The position numbers and the translations under genes were made by a program. The notes under the pieces were generated by a model that saw only the letters and a list, made by a program, of their open reading frames with translations, did no database searches and was not told the DNA's origin. From a virus, in IMG/VR virus record IMGVR_UViG_3300050821_014313, positions 4,677 to 68,676 of that record: DNA of 64,000 nucleotides. One strand, 5' to 3'. Below, piece by piece: positions 10,000 to 21,400 of the stretch (positions within the stretch are counted from its first letter, which is position 1; every line of letters starts with the position of its first letter).

Positions 10000-11865
10000 G
10001 TGGCAGGATCCGATAACACAGACGCGGTTAATGCGGTCGCGAGCGGAAACGATCCGTTTCAACTAGGCACGACCTCGCTTAAAAAGGGCAGGAGCTCGTT
10101 GTTTCCGGCTCCGGCCGGCGACGCCTCGACTCAGCCACCCTTGCCTTTTGGTCCTCAGCAAGACGCAGCAGTAGTCGCCTCGCAAAGCAACAGCGACGGC
10201 AGCTCTACGCATCTCGTGCATGTTCCTCCAGCGATTCACGCAGCAGTGAAAGCACAGAATTCAGCAGTTAAGCCCGAAGCAGATTCGACAGCGATGAAGG
10301 TTGCGCCAGAAGCAGGCTTGTCGGGTCAGCAAGGAGCAGCAGCTGACGGCACTGGCAATGGCTCTGGGCAGAGCTCAACTACTCCTGTTGGCGGTCGAGC
10401 CGCGCGCCCTACTACCGAAGCCGCCTCAACAACTCCAGCTGCTGCTGGCAACCCTGGCGAGCCCGATGTTTCGTCGATTCAAGCCGGAGGTCAGGACGAA
10501 GCCGCGAAAGCTGTTGCTCAGCAAGACAATACTGCGCTACCTACGCTCAAGCCTCAAGGAGGTTCGTCTGCGATTGCTCGCTTTCTTTCCCGCTTTAGTG
10601 GTACTGCTGGGCCAACTCCCGACCCTGGGGAAAAGTATACGGGCCCGACGAACCCGACAGAGTTAGCGGCTAGCGAGAAAGCCTCGCCGTTGGGCAAGCT
10701 TGCGTCGATTGCTGGTCGTGTTGGCAACGCCGCGATGGCCGTAGGCGGCACGCCCGAACAAAAACAAATCGCCGAGCAACGCGCAGAGTTCGTGCCGAAG
10801 ACTCAGCTTGAGTTACAGGCACTAAAGAACGAACAAGCGTTTCATGGCGCGATGGCAACAGCTGCTTTGCAACGAGCGTCGACTGGCGAAGAAAAAGCGC
10901 AAGAGATAAAATCGAAAGACACTGCCGCGATGCGCGCCAAAGGCTACGTTCCAGACGAGAGCGGTGTGGGTTATCGTGCGATGACTCCAGACGAAATCAT
11001 GAACGACCAGACTCTTCGTCAGAAGCAGGATCTCGCGACGGCCGCAATCAGCCTAAAGTCCGCGCAGGCTCAAGCTCAGCGTGCGACTGCTGACTTCAAC
11101 ACGAACCCCGATAACGCCCGACTCAAGCAAATGCACGAAGAAGCAATGAGCAGGCTCGCGATCGCTCAATCCAACATGCACATCGCGCAGGGTCGCTTGG
11201 GCTTAGAAGCTCAGAACCAAGCGATGCACGGACAAGAAGACTTGCTTAACCTTGGCCGGAATCCTTTGACTGGCGAGATTGCTGGCCAGGGTCCGACGAA
11301 GCTCCCGCCAACCATGATGGCTGATGCGCAGAACAATCCTGTGCCTTACAAAGGCCAGTCGATTTACGCACCAACTCAAACCATGAAGAACGCATCGGCT
11401 CAGGCACAGATTGTTAAGGCTGAGCTCGATCCAACAATCGCAATGCTGCAAGCGCAGCGTGACGAGATCGGACCGGTTATTGGTCGATGGAACGCTTGGA
11501 CGCAAGGCCAGCTTGGTGTCGATAATCCTTCGTTCGCGGCGTTGCAAGGCAACCAAACTATGATGGCGACGGCGCTCGCGCTGATGCATGCTCGCGGTCG
11601 CTTACCCGACAACCTCCGTATCGAATTCGACAAGATGATCAAAGCGCCACAGCAATCGCCCGACAACCTAATCGCGACGCTGAACGCGGTTGCGCCTTGG
11701 GTCGACGATATGGTGAAGCAAGGAAAGATTCCTGAGTACGGAGAGACTCCAGCCGGCGCGAAAAGTCCAATACATAAGGCTGCGGCGGCCGGCGGCGGCA
11801 GCTCCTCGGGCTCTTCGCGCAAGCTCTCTCCCGAAGAATGGGATAAGCTCCACGGAGGTCGCTAA
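10000..11865 (+). CDS. internal virion / ejection protein
   Basis: 621 aa, Ala/Gln-rich helical composition, AAGGAG RBS with GTG start. Confidence 0.6.
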   Translation: MAGSDNTDAVNAVASGNDPFQLGTTSLKKGRSSLFPAPAGDASTQPPLPFGPQQDAAVVASQSNSDGSSTHLVHVPPAIHAAVKAQNSAVKPEADSTAMKVAPEAGLSGQQGAAADGTGNGSGQSSTTPVGGRAARPTTEAASTTPAAAGNPGEPDVSSIQAGGQDEAAKAVAQQDNTALPTLKPQGGSSAIARFLSRFSGTAGPTPDPGEKYTGPTNPTELAASEKASPLGKLASIAGRVGNAAMAVGGTPEQKQIAEQRAEFVPKTQLELQALKNEQAFHGAMATAALQRASTGEEKAQEIKSKDTAAMRAKGYVPDESGVGYRAMTPDEIMNDQTLRQKQDLATAAISLKSAQAQAQRATADFNTNPDNARLKQMHEEAMSRLAIAQSNMHIAQGRLGLEAQNQAMHGQEDLLNLGRNPLTGEIAGQGPTKLPPTMMADAQNNPVPYKGQSIYAPTQTMKNASAQAQIVKAELDPTIAMLQAQRDEIGPVIGRWNAWTQGQLGVDNPSFAALQGNQTMMATALALMHARGRLPDNLRIEFDKMIKAPQQSPDNLIATLNAVAPWVDDMVKQGKIPEYGETPAGAKSPIHKAAAAGGGSSSGSSRKLSPEEWDKLHGGR

Positions 11866-13271
11866 TGGCCGAAGACAACAGCGATCTGACACAAAATCCA
11901 ACTTTTCAGTCTTGGCCTAGCGAGAAGCAGCACGCGTACTTGCTGGATCAGTCTCCTGCTTACGCGGGGTTTCCCGCCGACAAGCAGAACGCGTACCTAA
12001 GCTATCTGAACGGCAAGCCGACGTACGGTCCGCACCAAGCAGCAGCTGCACCCAAGCCTACTCCTACCTCGCAAGCTGATATTTCTCGCGGTCTGAGCAA
12101 GCTTCCTCCGGTTGAGTTCAACGATCTAAGCTCCTACGGCAACGCAACTATTTCTGGGCTCGACTCGGTTGGTCGTGGAGTGGCTGGAGCAGCGTCTGCT
12201 CTTGGTAGTGCTATTGCTCATCCTTGGGACACAATTCGCGGGATCAAGAATGCGGTTACTTCGGCCCCGGACACGCTCTCACAGATTCCAGCAGCTGTTA
12301 GCGACATAAACTCCTCGGCAGATCCGATCAGTGCTTACGGCAAGGTTGCGCAGGAAACTGCTGGCCAAGGTGCGGGTCAAGCAGCAGTCGCTGCCGCAAC
12401 TATGGGTTTACCTAAGCTCGCTGGAGCTGGAGCTCGCGCTCTAAGCAGCGGAACTGGTATTCCTGGAACGGCTTCGCGAGTGCTCCAAACTGGCCTAAAA
12501 ACTGCCGAGAACTTTGACGTGACGAAGCCGGGGAAATCTATTGGTGCGATCGGTGATACATACGAGTCTACGTCTCAGCCTGGGCGATTACTCTCAGCGA
12601 CGAACAAAGCAGTCGAGCAAGGCCGCGCGAATCCAGTGAAAACTGTCATTCCTACAGACGCTGAGCAAGCGATCAGCGAAGGCCGTGCGAATCCATTACC
12701 AACAAAACTCAAGCCACAGCCTACACCAGCTGAAGCCGCAATTAAATCAGGTAAGGCTTCGCCTCTGCGCACTCGCATACCAGCTTCAGTTCTGCGCGAG
12801 CAACCTCCGACTCCGCCGGAAGAAATCGCTCGTGCCGCTGCGCTCGACAAAGTACTCAAATCGACCCCTGGCAACCTCGCGAACGTTCCAACGCCTCCTG
12901 GCAATGCGGCAGTTCTAGGCGACCTTGGTCCTTCTGCGCCTCCACAAGCTGAAGAGCTTGCTCGCAGACCTCTTCCTGCTGCCGAGCCGGCCGCTCGCCG
13001 CGCGTTTGAGCAATCTACTCCCGGGGCGCTCGGAGGCATTCGTCCGCCCGCCGACACACCAGCTGCCGCGATCCCACGGTCTTCTATTCCTGATGTCTCG
13101 CTTGTTCCTGAGCCTCGCTCTCTCTTCCCTGGCGAGCAACCAAACTACATGGCGAACGTTCCGCGCGAGGAGCTACCGGGACTCGCCGACATCGCTAAGC
13201 CTGGGGCTGGTCAGCAGCTACAGCAGCTTGGTAAACGCGTGATTTATATTCCTCGGGAGGCGCTGAAGTAG
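11865..13271 (+). CDS. internal virion / ejection protein
   Basis: N-terminal tandem repeat (FQSWPSEKQHAYL / YAGFPADKQNAYL); Pro/Ala-rich C-terminal half. Confidence 0.55.
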   Translation: MAEDNSDLTQNPTFQSWPSEKQHAYLLDQSPAYAGFPADKQNAYLSYLNGKPTYGPHQAAAAPKPTPTSQADISRGLSKLPPVEFNDLSSYGNATISGLDSVGRGVAGAASALGSAIAHPWDTIRGIKNAVTSAPDTLSQIPAAVSDINSSADPISAYGKVAQETAGQGAGQAAVAAATMGLPKLAGAGARALSSGTGIPGTASRVLQTGLKTAENFDVTKPGKSIGAIGDTYESTSQPGRLLSATNKAVEQGRANPVKTVIPTDAEQAISEGRANPLPTKLKPQPTPAEAAIKSGKASPLRTRIPASVLREQPPTPPEEIARAAALDKVLKSTPGNLANVPTPPGNAAVLGDLGPSAPPQAEELARRPLPAAEPAARRAFEQSTPGALGGIRPPADTPAAAIPRSSIPDVSLVPEPRSLFPGEQPNYMANVPREELPGLADIAKPGAGQQLQQLGKRVIYIPREALK

Positions 13272-15029
13272 ATGTCTACTCCAAATCTTATCCCGCAACC
13301 TGCGGTCCCGCCCGAAGCTTATGTAAAAGGCCAACCGATAGGTAATTCCGTTACCCGCGAAGGTGCGCCCGACTTTGATCGTGAAGACCAGCTGCCGCTT
13401 CCGCCGTCGACCGACCCGATCTCACAAGGCGCAGTCGCGTTCGGATCTCAGGTTGCCGAGAACGCCAAGACGTATCCCCAAAATCTCAAGGAGGCTTACG
13501 ACAAGCGCAACCAACCGGTTAAGGACCAACTAAAAGACGCAGTAAACAACAACACGCAACCAACTTACTACAGCCGTACTCCTCTTGGCGGTGCGGCTTC
13601 ACCAATCAACACTGGTGAGAGTCTCGCTGATGTGTTTTTGCCTCCACAGCACACGCTGGCTGGCGAGCATCCGCACGTAGCCGCCGCGGCTCTCGACGAG
13701 CACACAAAAAACTCTTTCTCGGTTTTCGATCCGCGGACCGGCGAGAGCTTAGCCGGAGCACGTAAGTGGGCGGTGCCCGTAGCTCCCGAAGCCTCGCAGA
13801 TCTCGATCAAACCGCCAAGCGTGGACGACTACTCGAACTTCGTCGCTACTCACCGAGACTTATTCGACCGCAACCCGAACGCCGCCGTCGGCACGCACAC
13901 CGATCCGTTAACCGGACTGCATCACCTGAATATCGTTGGCACGACGTCCTCGAAGAACGCAGCTCTTCAGGCTGCTGACCAGCTTGGTGAGCCTGGAGCG
14001 ATGCATCTCGGCCGAACCGAATTCGCACCTAGCAGCGGCAACCCCCGTCCCGACTTCATCGGCCAACCAATCGATACTCGGCTTAATCAAATGCGCTTGG
14101 CCGATCCTCCTTCCGAGCCGTTCGCCGGTACGCACTACTCCGACACCAAAATGGATTTCATCGACGGCTCACGTCGCGGCCAACCGCAAGAGCCCAAGCT
14201 TAAGGGTCCGAACGCTCCTCCGCCCGCGCCAGCTGGAGCTGAATCCGCGCGAGTTCGCCTGGGCTCGGCAAACGGAGTGCCTGACGCTGACGCTCCACCG
14301 GGATTCTACGTCTACAAGTCCGGATCGCTTCCGGACCCGTCGATCGCTAACCGCCGCTTCGCGCATTCTGTGCAAGGAAACTTCAGCTTCGCTAATATCA
14401 AGACTGAGCCTGCGTGGCAGGAGGGGCTAAAAGATGGTCTGGCGAAAGCGACCGCAGCCGGAGCGGACCCACAGACAGCCTCTGGCATTGCGCTCAACTC
14501 CGCGGAACACTCTCTTCGTGACGCTGGTTTTGACGGCTACTACAATCCTGACCACCCTAATTCGCGTTTCATCTTCGATTCGCATCCGACTGCTCCTTTG
14601 GGCGCTCGAACGCAAACGCCAACGACTGGCGGCAAGCTCGCGGCCGAAGCAGTAACAACACGAGTCGCCGAGCAGAAGAAGGCTACCGAAGCTGCACAAA
14701 AACAATCTATGGCTGCTTCTTCTGCTGCACAAAACCCCTCGAAAAAGGGGGTTTCAGCAAACAGTGAAACACCCTCTCCGACTGAAACTGCTCCTGGGCT
14801 AACCACCGACTCCGAGACGGTCCCAGCCTCGCTTGCCACCGCTCCTGCCGCCAACAACAGTTACATCCACGCGATGGATTTGGCCGCGAAGAACCGAGAC
14901 GACGCAACGTATTTTGGACGCAAAACTGCGGCTCCGGCTCCCGACGCGCACCTTCGCCCCGACGGCGATCCAGCGGGTCTCCTCGAGCCTGGGGAACTCG
15001 TACGAAATCGTTTAGCTGCTATGAGGTAA
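13272..15029 (+). CDS. internal virion protein with a possible ADP-ribosyltransferase-like (polyvalent-protein) domain
   Basis: GTHYS...GFYVY...AEHSLRDAGFDGYY pattern; last gene of the ejection cluster. Confidence 0.45.
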   Translation: MSTPNLIPQPAVPPEAYVKGQPIGNSVTREGAPDFDREDQLPLPPSTDPISQGAVAFGSQVAENAKTYPQNLKEAYDKRNQPVKDQLKDAVNNNTQPTYYSRTPLGGAASPINTGESLADVFLPPQHTLAGEHPHVAAAALDEHTKNSFSVFDPRTGESLAGARKWAVPVAPEASQISIKPPSVDDYSNFVATHRDLFDRNPNAAVGTHTDPLTGLHHLNIVGTTSSKNAALQAADQLGEPGAMHLGRTEFAPSSGNPRPDFIGQPIDTRLNQMRLADPPSEPFAGTHYSDTKMDFIDGSRRGQPQEPKLKGPNAPPPAPAGAESARVRLGSANGVPDADAPPGFYVYKSGSLPDPSIANRRFAHSVQGNFSFANIKTEPAWQEGLKDGLAKATAAGADPQTASGIALNSAEHSLRDAGFDGYYNPDHPNSRFIFDSHPTAPLGARTQTPTTGGKLAAEAVTTRVAEQKKATEAAQKQSMAASSAAQNPSKKGVSANSETPSPTETAPGLTTDSETVPASLATAPAANNSYIHAMDLAAKNRDDATYFGRKTAAPAPDAHLRPDGDPAGLLEPGELVRNRLAAMR

Positions 15030-15070
15030 ACTAGTTAAGCGATGAAAAAGCGAACTCAAGGAGAACACTT

Positions 15071-15580
15071 GTGAAGGAGATCAAGCTAAATAAAGGGTAT
15101 GTTGCTTTGGTCGACGACGAAGACTACGAACGCGTTTCCAAATTCAACTGGCGTGTGTCTCTGCACAAGAAAAAGAAAACACCTTATGCAGTCGCGATCG
15201 TGAAACTGCATCGTTTGGTGATGAACGCAGATGCTTCTTCGCCTTCGGTCGATCACAAGAATCGTTATGGCTTAGATTGCCAGAAATCGAATCTTCGTTT
15301 TGCTACACGATCGCAAAACGCAGCGAACCAAAAAAGCCACCGCGCGAGTTTCAGCAAGTACAAAGGAGTCCAGTGGCACAAAGCGTCCAAGAGCTGGATG
15401 AGTCGGATTATGCGAGAAGGAAAAGTCTGGACTAGCTATCATGCAACCGAGCTCGAAGCAGCTCTAGCTTACGATTCGATTTCGCGTGCGTTGGATCGAG
15501 AGTTCGCGAACCCGAATTTTCAACTTTGTCCGTTAACAATTAAGAAAGAGAGCTATACATATGTTCGCCATGATGCGTAA
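15071..15580 (+). CDS. HNH homing endonuclease with AP2 DNA-binding domain
   Basis: ALVDDEDYE, LHRLVM, VDHKNR..LDCQKSNLRFATRSQNAAN, SKYKGV..W, EAALAYD motifs. Confidence 0.9.
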   Translation: MKEIKLNKGYVALVDDEDYERVSKFNWRVSLHKKKKTPYAVAIVKLHRLVMNADASSPSVDHKNRYGLDCQKSNLRFATRSQNAANQKSHRASFSKYKGVQWHKASKSWMSRIMREGKVWTSYHATELEAALAYDSISRALDREFANPNFQLCPLTIKKESYTYVRHDA

Positions 15581-17696
15581 GCTTACTCTTCTTACGCTCT
15601 TGTTTTTGAGCGTATGCTCGCTCGCTCAAACCGTTGCGGTCTCGGGAACTCTCCAAACTATGGGCCCGAGCGGCCCGAACCCTGGCTCAAACAACGACTT
15701 CGTAGTCTTTCGTCTAAAAAACTGGCAAGGTGACCTTCCTCGAGTTATTGGGGTTGGTCCGATTGACCCTCTAAGCTACACCATCACTCCCGACTCCAGC
15801 GGCAACTTCTCGACGACGTTTTACGGCAACGACCAAATTACTCCACTGCATACGTATTATGTTTTTGAGCAATGGCACGACGGCAAGATCCAGTCGTCTG
15901 CGAACTACCAGTTCTGCGTCAACGCGAACTGCACTCAAGGTCTCGCCGCCAAGTGCCCATGCAACATAAACACACAACCGCCGCTAGCGGCCTCGCCTAA
16001 CCAAGCGCTCAACGTCGCTCCTCTCCTCACCCTAAACAACATCTGGACCGGAACAAACACGTTCAACGGCCCAACGATCTTCAACTCCTCGATCGTCTTC
16101 AACTCGCTAATAAACACTTGCGATTTGAACGGTGCGCTTATTGTCAGCGCGGGATGCTACTCGACTCCTCAGCTCGCGATCAATGCTTTGCCTGGGTCGG
16201 GTGGAACAGTCCTCGTTGCTCCTGGCACGTACTCTGGCCCAACTTCAATCCCCAACAGCAATACCTCGATTGAATGCGCGACTTGGCTCGGGTGCACGTT
16301 TACCTACACTACGAACCTTGCGCTCGGCAACGGCACCTCGATTCTTCGCAATATAAAGTTGGACGGGATTATTTTCGACTTCGGCGGAACCGCTCATGGG
16401 ATCATCATGACCAGCTTGCAGTACAGCGAGTTTCGGATCCAAGTCCAAAACAGCTCGGCAGTCTTTCCTGCAGCTGCGTTATTGCTTACTGCCACCAATA
16501 CCGCGGGTTCGTTTTACGAGAACAAGTTCGATTGGTTAAGTATTCAGACCGGCGGCGGAAGCTTAGGCACTGGACTGATCCTGAACGGCGACCAAAACAT
16601 CTCGGGCTGCGGCGGAACGCAGGTTGGAGCTGGGGCGGTTTTCTATAATCAGTTTCATTTTCTTACGATTGGTGGGCAAGCTAGTGGACCGTCGGCCGAT
16701 GCGATCGACTTTACTTCCGGCGCGGACTCGAACGACTTTGGGCTTGTTTCAGTTATTCTTGGAACCGGAAACACTACCGGCCACGCGGTGAACTTCGGCA
16801 CTCGCTGCCCATCGAGCTACGGCGATATTGTTTTTGAGCATTTCTTTACGCTTTCGGCCAACGCAATCCAGGCGGGCTACACCGGACCGTTTATTCAGTA
16901 CGGAGACTCCGAGGGAGCGATCGATAACTACGTCTGCGGGACGAACTGCAGCGGAAGCGCGTTCCAGGGATTCGATCCAACCGCTCTCGCTGCCGGCCTA
17001 ATCAACTGGAACGTCCAAGACATTGGAGGGAACATATACTCGTTGGTTAATCCTGTTTGGGACATGAACAACGCAGCACTACACAACGAGTTGCTGATGA
17101 TCCCGCTGCCGGTCGCAACCGCTTCCAACAATTATTCCTGTCCGGTGATCAAGCTAAACTCCGCGCAGTGGACTGGAAGCGCTAACACGTACTCTGACTG
17201 GGCGTTGTCGTGCACTCTAGCTGCCTCGGGCGTGCCTACGTTCGAGAACCTAAACCTAACCTACCAAGGTCCGTCGAGCAACGTGAACTTTATCCTTGGG
17301 ACGAACATTAAGCTGGCGCTTTCGGGTGGCGGATTCAACGCATTCTTCTCCGGCAACTCGAGCATGACCGCCTCAGTCACTCTAACCACACCGCTAAAAA
17401 CCGGGACGTTAGTCGATGGCAGTAGCTCGTTTGGGTTTATGCAAGCGGCGAGCGCATCGGGGGTAGCGACGACAGGCGGAGCCGCCTGGACCGGCGCAAG
17501 CAGCTCGCCAGTTTCGTGGCCAACTCCTTTCACCGGAGCCTACAACGCAGTTTGTACCGGCGACGGAGTAGCCTCGGGCGTACCAATCTACCAAGGTACG
17601 ACTGGCCAAGTCGCAGGAGGAATCACGGTCATAACGCAGCAAGCGACTGCTGCGACCGCAAGTTTCAGCACTGTTGAGTGTATCGGTTACCAATAG
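15561..17696 (+). CDS. tailspike-like beta-helix protein with N-terminal signal peptide
   Basis: MRKLTLLTLLFLSVCSLA/Q leader; QLAINALPGSGGTVLVAPGTY beta-helix entry motif; gp53-like C-terminus (VSWPTPF...VECIGY). Confidence 0.7.
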   Translation: MFAMMRKLTLLTLLFLSVCSLAQTVAVSGTLQTMGPSGPNPGSNNDFVVFRLKNWQGDLPRVIGVGPIDPLSYTITPDSSGNFSTTFYGNDQITPLHTYYVFEQWHDGKIQSSANYQFCVNANCTQGLAAKCPCNINTQPPLAASPNQALNVAPLLTLNNIWTGTNTFNGPTIFNSSIVFNSLINTCDLNGALIVSAGCYSTPQLAINALPGSGGTVLVAPGTYSGPTSIPNSNTSIECATWLGCTFTYTTNLALGNGTSILRNIKLDGIIFDFGGTAHGIIMTSLQYSEFRIQVQNSSAVFPAAALLLTATNTAGSFYENKFDWLSIQTGGGSLGTGLILNGDQNISGCGGTQVGAGAVFYNQFHFLTIGGQASGPSADAIDFTSGADSNDFGLVSVILGTGNTTGHAVNFGTRCPSSYGDIVFEHFFTLSANAIQAGYTGPFIQYGDSEGAIDNYVCGTNCSGSAFQGFDPTALAAGLINWNVQDIGGNIYSLVNPVWDMNNAALHNELLMIPLPVATASNNYSCPVIKLNSAQWTGSANTYSDWALSCTLAASGVPTFENLNLTYQGPSSNVNFILGTNIKLALSGGGFNAFFSGNSSMTASVTLTTPLKTGTLVDGSSSFGFMQAASASGVATTGGAAWTGASSSPVSWPTPFTGAYNAVCTGDGVASGVPIYQGTTGQVAGGITVITQQATAATASFSTVECIGYQ

Positions 17697-17706
17697 GAAG
17701 ATTCTT

Positions 17707-17964
17707 ATGCCCACGCGAAAAGAAGAAATCGAACTCGCAGTAAGGTTAGCCAAAATCGACGACGGTCAGGCAGCTCTGATTGCCAAAATCGACGCCAACC
17801 ATCACAGCCTAACACTACAACTTGCTCCGTTGCTCGAGCTCAAGCAAACCGTAAAAGAACACGAGCACGCGATATCTATGTGGCGCGGAGTGAACGCAGC
17901 GATCGGATTCGTACTCACTCTTATCGTCGCACTTTACGGCAAGCTGAAGTTGTTTCACCCGTAG
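17707..17964 (+). CDS. small coiled-coil protein with a C-terminal TM helix (holin-like)
   Basis: AGGAAG RBS; hydrophobic stretch AAIGFVLTLIVALYG. Confidence 0.5.
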   Translation: MPTRKEEIELAVRLAKIDDGQAALIAKIDANHHSLTLQLAPLLELKQTVKEHEHAISMWRGVNAAIGFVLTLIVALYGKLKLFHP

Positions 17965-17988
17965 TAGAATTGCAGAAGGAGTCACTTT

Positions 17989-18414
17989 ATGCCTTTAGCC
18001 ACCGGCCCGAGCCAAAGCTTAATCACCTACGATCGCGGATCGCAGGCGGTAATTATCCCTGGCGCAGCCGCCAACGTCGCTCAAGTTGGTAACGCTCAAC
18101 CGGCTGGAACGACTGGCTACGGCGTCGTCGCAGCGTTGTCGCGCGCGATGCAACCGCCTAACCTGATGATGCAGATCGATGTTCAAGGAACCGGCGCGCT
18201 GACTTCAGCGACCGTCAATCTTCTAGGCAGCTTGGACGGTATAGCCTGGGGAGTGATTGGATCGGTAGTGATCGGCGCAGGCAACCTAGCCGCTGGCTCT
18301 ACCCAAATGGCTCCGTTTGGCGGCAACGCAATGATGCGTTACGTCTGTGCTTCGATCAGTAATCTTGTAGTCGCGTCGGGCGCACCGTTAGTCAAAGTTT
18401 CGTTCTCGATGTAA
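17989..18414 (+). CDS. putative tail/virion beta-sandwich protein
   Basis: AAGGAG RBS; VNLLGSLDGIAW and MRYVCASIS pattern; no signal peptide. Confidence 0.55.
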   Translation: MPLATGPSQSLITYDRGSQAVIIPGAAANVAQVGNAQPAGTTGYGVVAALSRAMQPPNLMMQIDVQGTGALTSATVNLLGSLDGIAWGVIGSVVIGAGNLAAGSTQMAPFGGNAMMRYVCASISNLVVASGAPLVKVSFSM

Positions 18415-18430
18415 AGGAGAGTTTTCGGTC

Positions 18431-21400
18431 GTGATCAAGAATCTTATTCGCATCGCGTTACTTCTCTCGATCCTTCCGATCTTTTCTGTCTTCTCGTCCG
18501 CTCAAGCCAACTACAACTTCAACGTCGGAGGACTCGGGTTCAACTCTGGACCGGCAGTTCCTGCGTCGTGCGCCCAAGACGGTTATAAGTTCTGGCTAAA
18601 CACTGGATCGATCGCTTGGTACACGTGCAAGGCTGGGACGTACGTGGTCGACGGCAGCGGGACCGGCGGCGGCACAGTGACCGGTGTAACCTGCGGAGCC
18701 GGTCTCAGCGGCGGTACTTTTACGACCTCGGGCACCTGCGCGATCGCGACCGGTGGAGTAACTTTCGCGATGCTCGCCGCGGCCACAAACTTCGTTACGA
18801 TCGCCGGAACAAGCGTGAGCTTAGGCACAGCAACGAGCAGTCTACCTTCGCCAGGAGCGATCGGTTCCGGCACGCCAAGCACCGGTACGTTCACAACTCT
18901 TCAAGCCAACACTCAGATCAACGCCGGAACAGCAGGAGTGCTTGCTCCGATTATCTTCGGTAACGCGACCAGCGGACTGATTACGCTACAGCCTGGGCCC
19001 GGGGCGATTACCTCTTACACTCTCGATTTGCCAATCGCGCAACCAACCGTAGGAAACACCTTCTTAAGCTGTACCGCAGCCAACCCGTCGGTCTGTACGT
19101 TCACTGCTGGCGGCGCGCTGCCGGCTGGCTCAGCTCCCCAAATCCTAATCAACCAAGGCGGCACAACCTACACTCCGAACTCTGTCTCGGGCGATTCGAC
19201 TCTGGCCTCGAACGGCGCAATGGCTAACATCGGGTTGACGTTCTCGGGCGCGGTCGATATTCCGCTCGGCGCTGCTCCAGGCACAGGTAACTGCCTCGGC
19301 TACAACGGGACAAACATCATCGGACTAACCTGTGGCGGTAGCGGTAGCTTACCAACCGGTATCCAAGGTGCCGACGCTCTCAATCTTTCTGGCTCCTCAA
19401 CGTACTTCGCGAGCTCTTCCGCGCGCATCGATGCGACATCGTTTTGCGCGACAGTCAACGGCGCTTCGACGTTCGCGAATGGTTACTGCACTGCCGGCGT
19501 CGACATGTGGCAGGCGATTACTGCTGCGATCGCAGCCTCAACAACCTCTACTCGATCGGTGCTGATTGACGCTCGAGGCTTCTACGGCACGCACGTTATT
19601 CCTGCGTCCTCGCTCACTCAAGCTCTTCTTGGCAACCTCTCGGGCCCGAACTCCCCCGGCGGTGAGATCTGGCTCGGTAACGTCCGGATGTACATCGACG
19701 GTCCGGTGCTCAGCAAGACCTCAACTACCAGTTTCTCGTTCAACGACGGCACCGGGAACAACGGAACTTACCCCGGGACGCCAGCATTGCTTCTGCCTGA
19801 GCGCGTCGCTCTGGTTGGCATTGGCTTCCGGCCGCTTGGCGGAACCGGCGCAGTCTTCGATATTTGTACCGGCGCAGGCACGCCGAACGGCAGCTGCACC
19901 AAGCCGTTCCCGCAACGCTCGTGGCCAATCAACTCGACCAGCTGTACCAACCATGTTTGCACAATCTTAATCGACGTCACGGCTGGCAATGCTTTTGGCT
20001 GCGGCGGAACAGCTGCTTCTTGCGACCCAACCGCAATAACCTCGATCTCACCTGACGATCAATCCGACGCGATGCCAGTTTGGATTACCAACACTGGCTC
20101 GGGCTTGTGCACTCCGCTCTCGTGCAAGATGTACGCAGGAGGCGTGACGAGCACGGTCGCGCGCGTTGGCAACCAAGCGACGATCGTCGTAACTGCTGCG
20201 GTCCCAGACATCATTCCTGACTCCGCTATGACTTGTGCTTCTTCGTGCGGTACGCTCAACGCACCAACGCCAATGATCGGGCTAGCCAACGGCGATATTT
20301 CTTCTGGTACTTGTCAAGCCTTCCCGACCCTAGGCAACGGTGGAACGTCTCCCTGCGCATACACCGATCTTTCGCACGGCACTGGCGCGAACAAAGTCTG
20401 TTACGGTTGCTATCTCCGCCAGATTGGTTTACAAGGCGAGTCGTACGAAGGCTCGATTGGATTCGAAGACAAAAACGGCCAGGAACGTAGCGGAGCAGAC
20501 CATGTTGGCTTCGCGAACCTCGCTTGGGCATACATTATTCGTTCCGTCCATGCGCAGAACGGCGGACCGTGGGCTGACTTCGAAATGGACGCTGGATCGG
20601 TCTGGACCGATTGCGAAGGCCACGGCATGGGATGGATCCAGGCTGGCGCGAGCATTCGCGGTATCTGGCACGCAACCTACAACATCGGCGGAGGCTGCAA
20701 CAACGGGGTAGTAGGGTACGTAGTTGACGGCGGCCGCGAAAACCTCGACACGCTGTACACTGCGGGATCGCAAGTCGGAATCTTGCTTGGCTCTCAGTCT
20801 GCGACCTCGGGCCTAAACATTCTCAACGGCGGCTGCGGCGCAACCGGCCAAAACCTCCAGTGCCGTCAAAACGGAATCGAGTTCAGTAACCTCGAGGGAG
20901 GCGTAACCGACACGACGGTTCTCGGTTACACCATGATCGAGCAGGCTCAATTCACTCCAGCGAACACTCTCGCGACGGTCACCTTCGCCGCCAACACCGT
21001 CACTCTTACCTGCGTCAACACTGACGGTCACTGCACGGGCGGCACGAACTTCCCCGCAGCTTACACTCTGGGCTCGTTCATCAACGTCACCGCGTGCACC
21101 AACCCAAGCAACAACACGTTGCCGGGAATCGCAACCTGGATCACCGCTGGCGGAGCAGGATCGACAACGCTCAGCTACACCAACACCGCCGGAGTAACTG
21201 GTGGAACCTGCACTGTCAATCCCGCAACCTGGGTGACCGCTCTGCTTAACAACGGCTCTGGGCACTCGACCGGCGCAGACAACCAAATCGGTCTCTACAC
21301 CTACGATAAAAACGGCAACATCATTCGCGAGATCTCGACGAGCACAAACTTCCCGTCGACCGACGGTAGCGCGTACAACTTGATGATTGCTGCAGGTACG

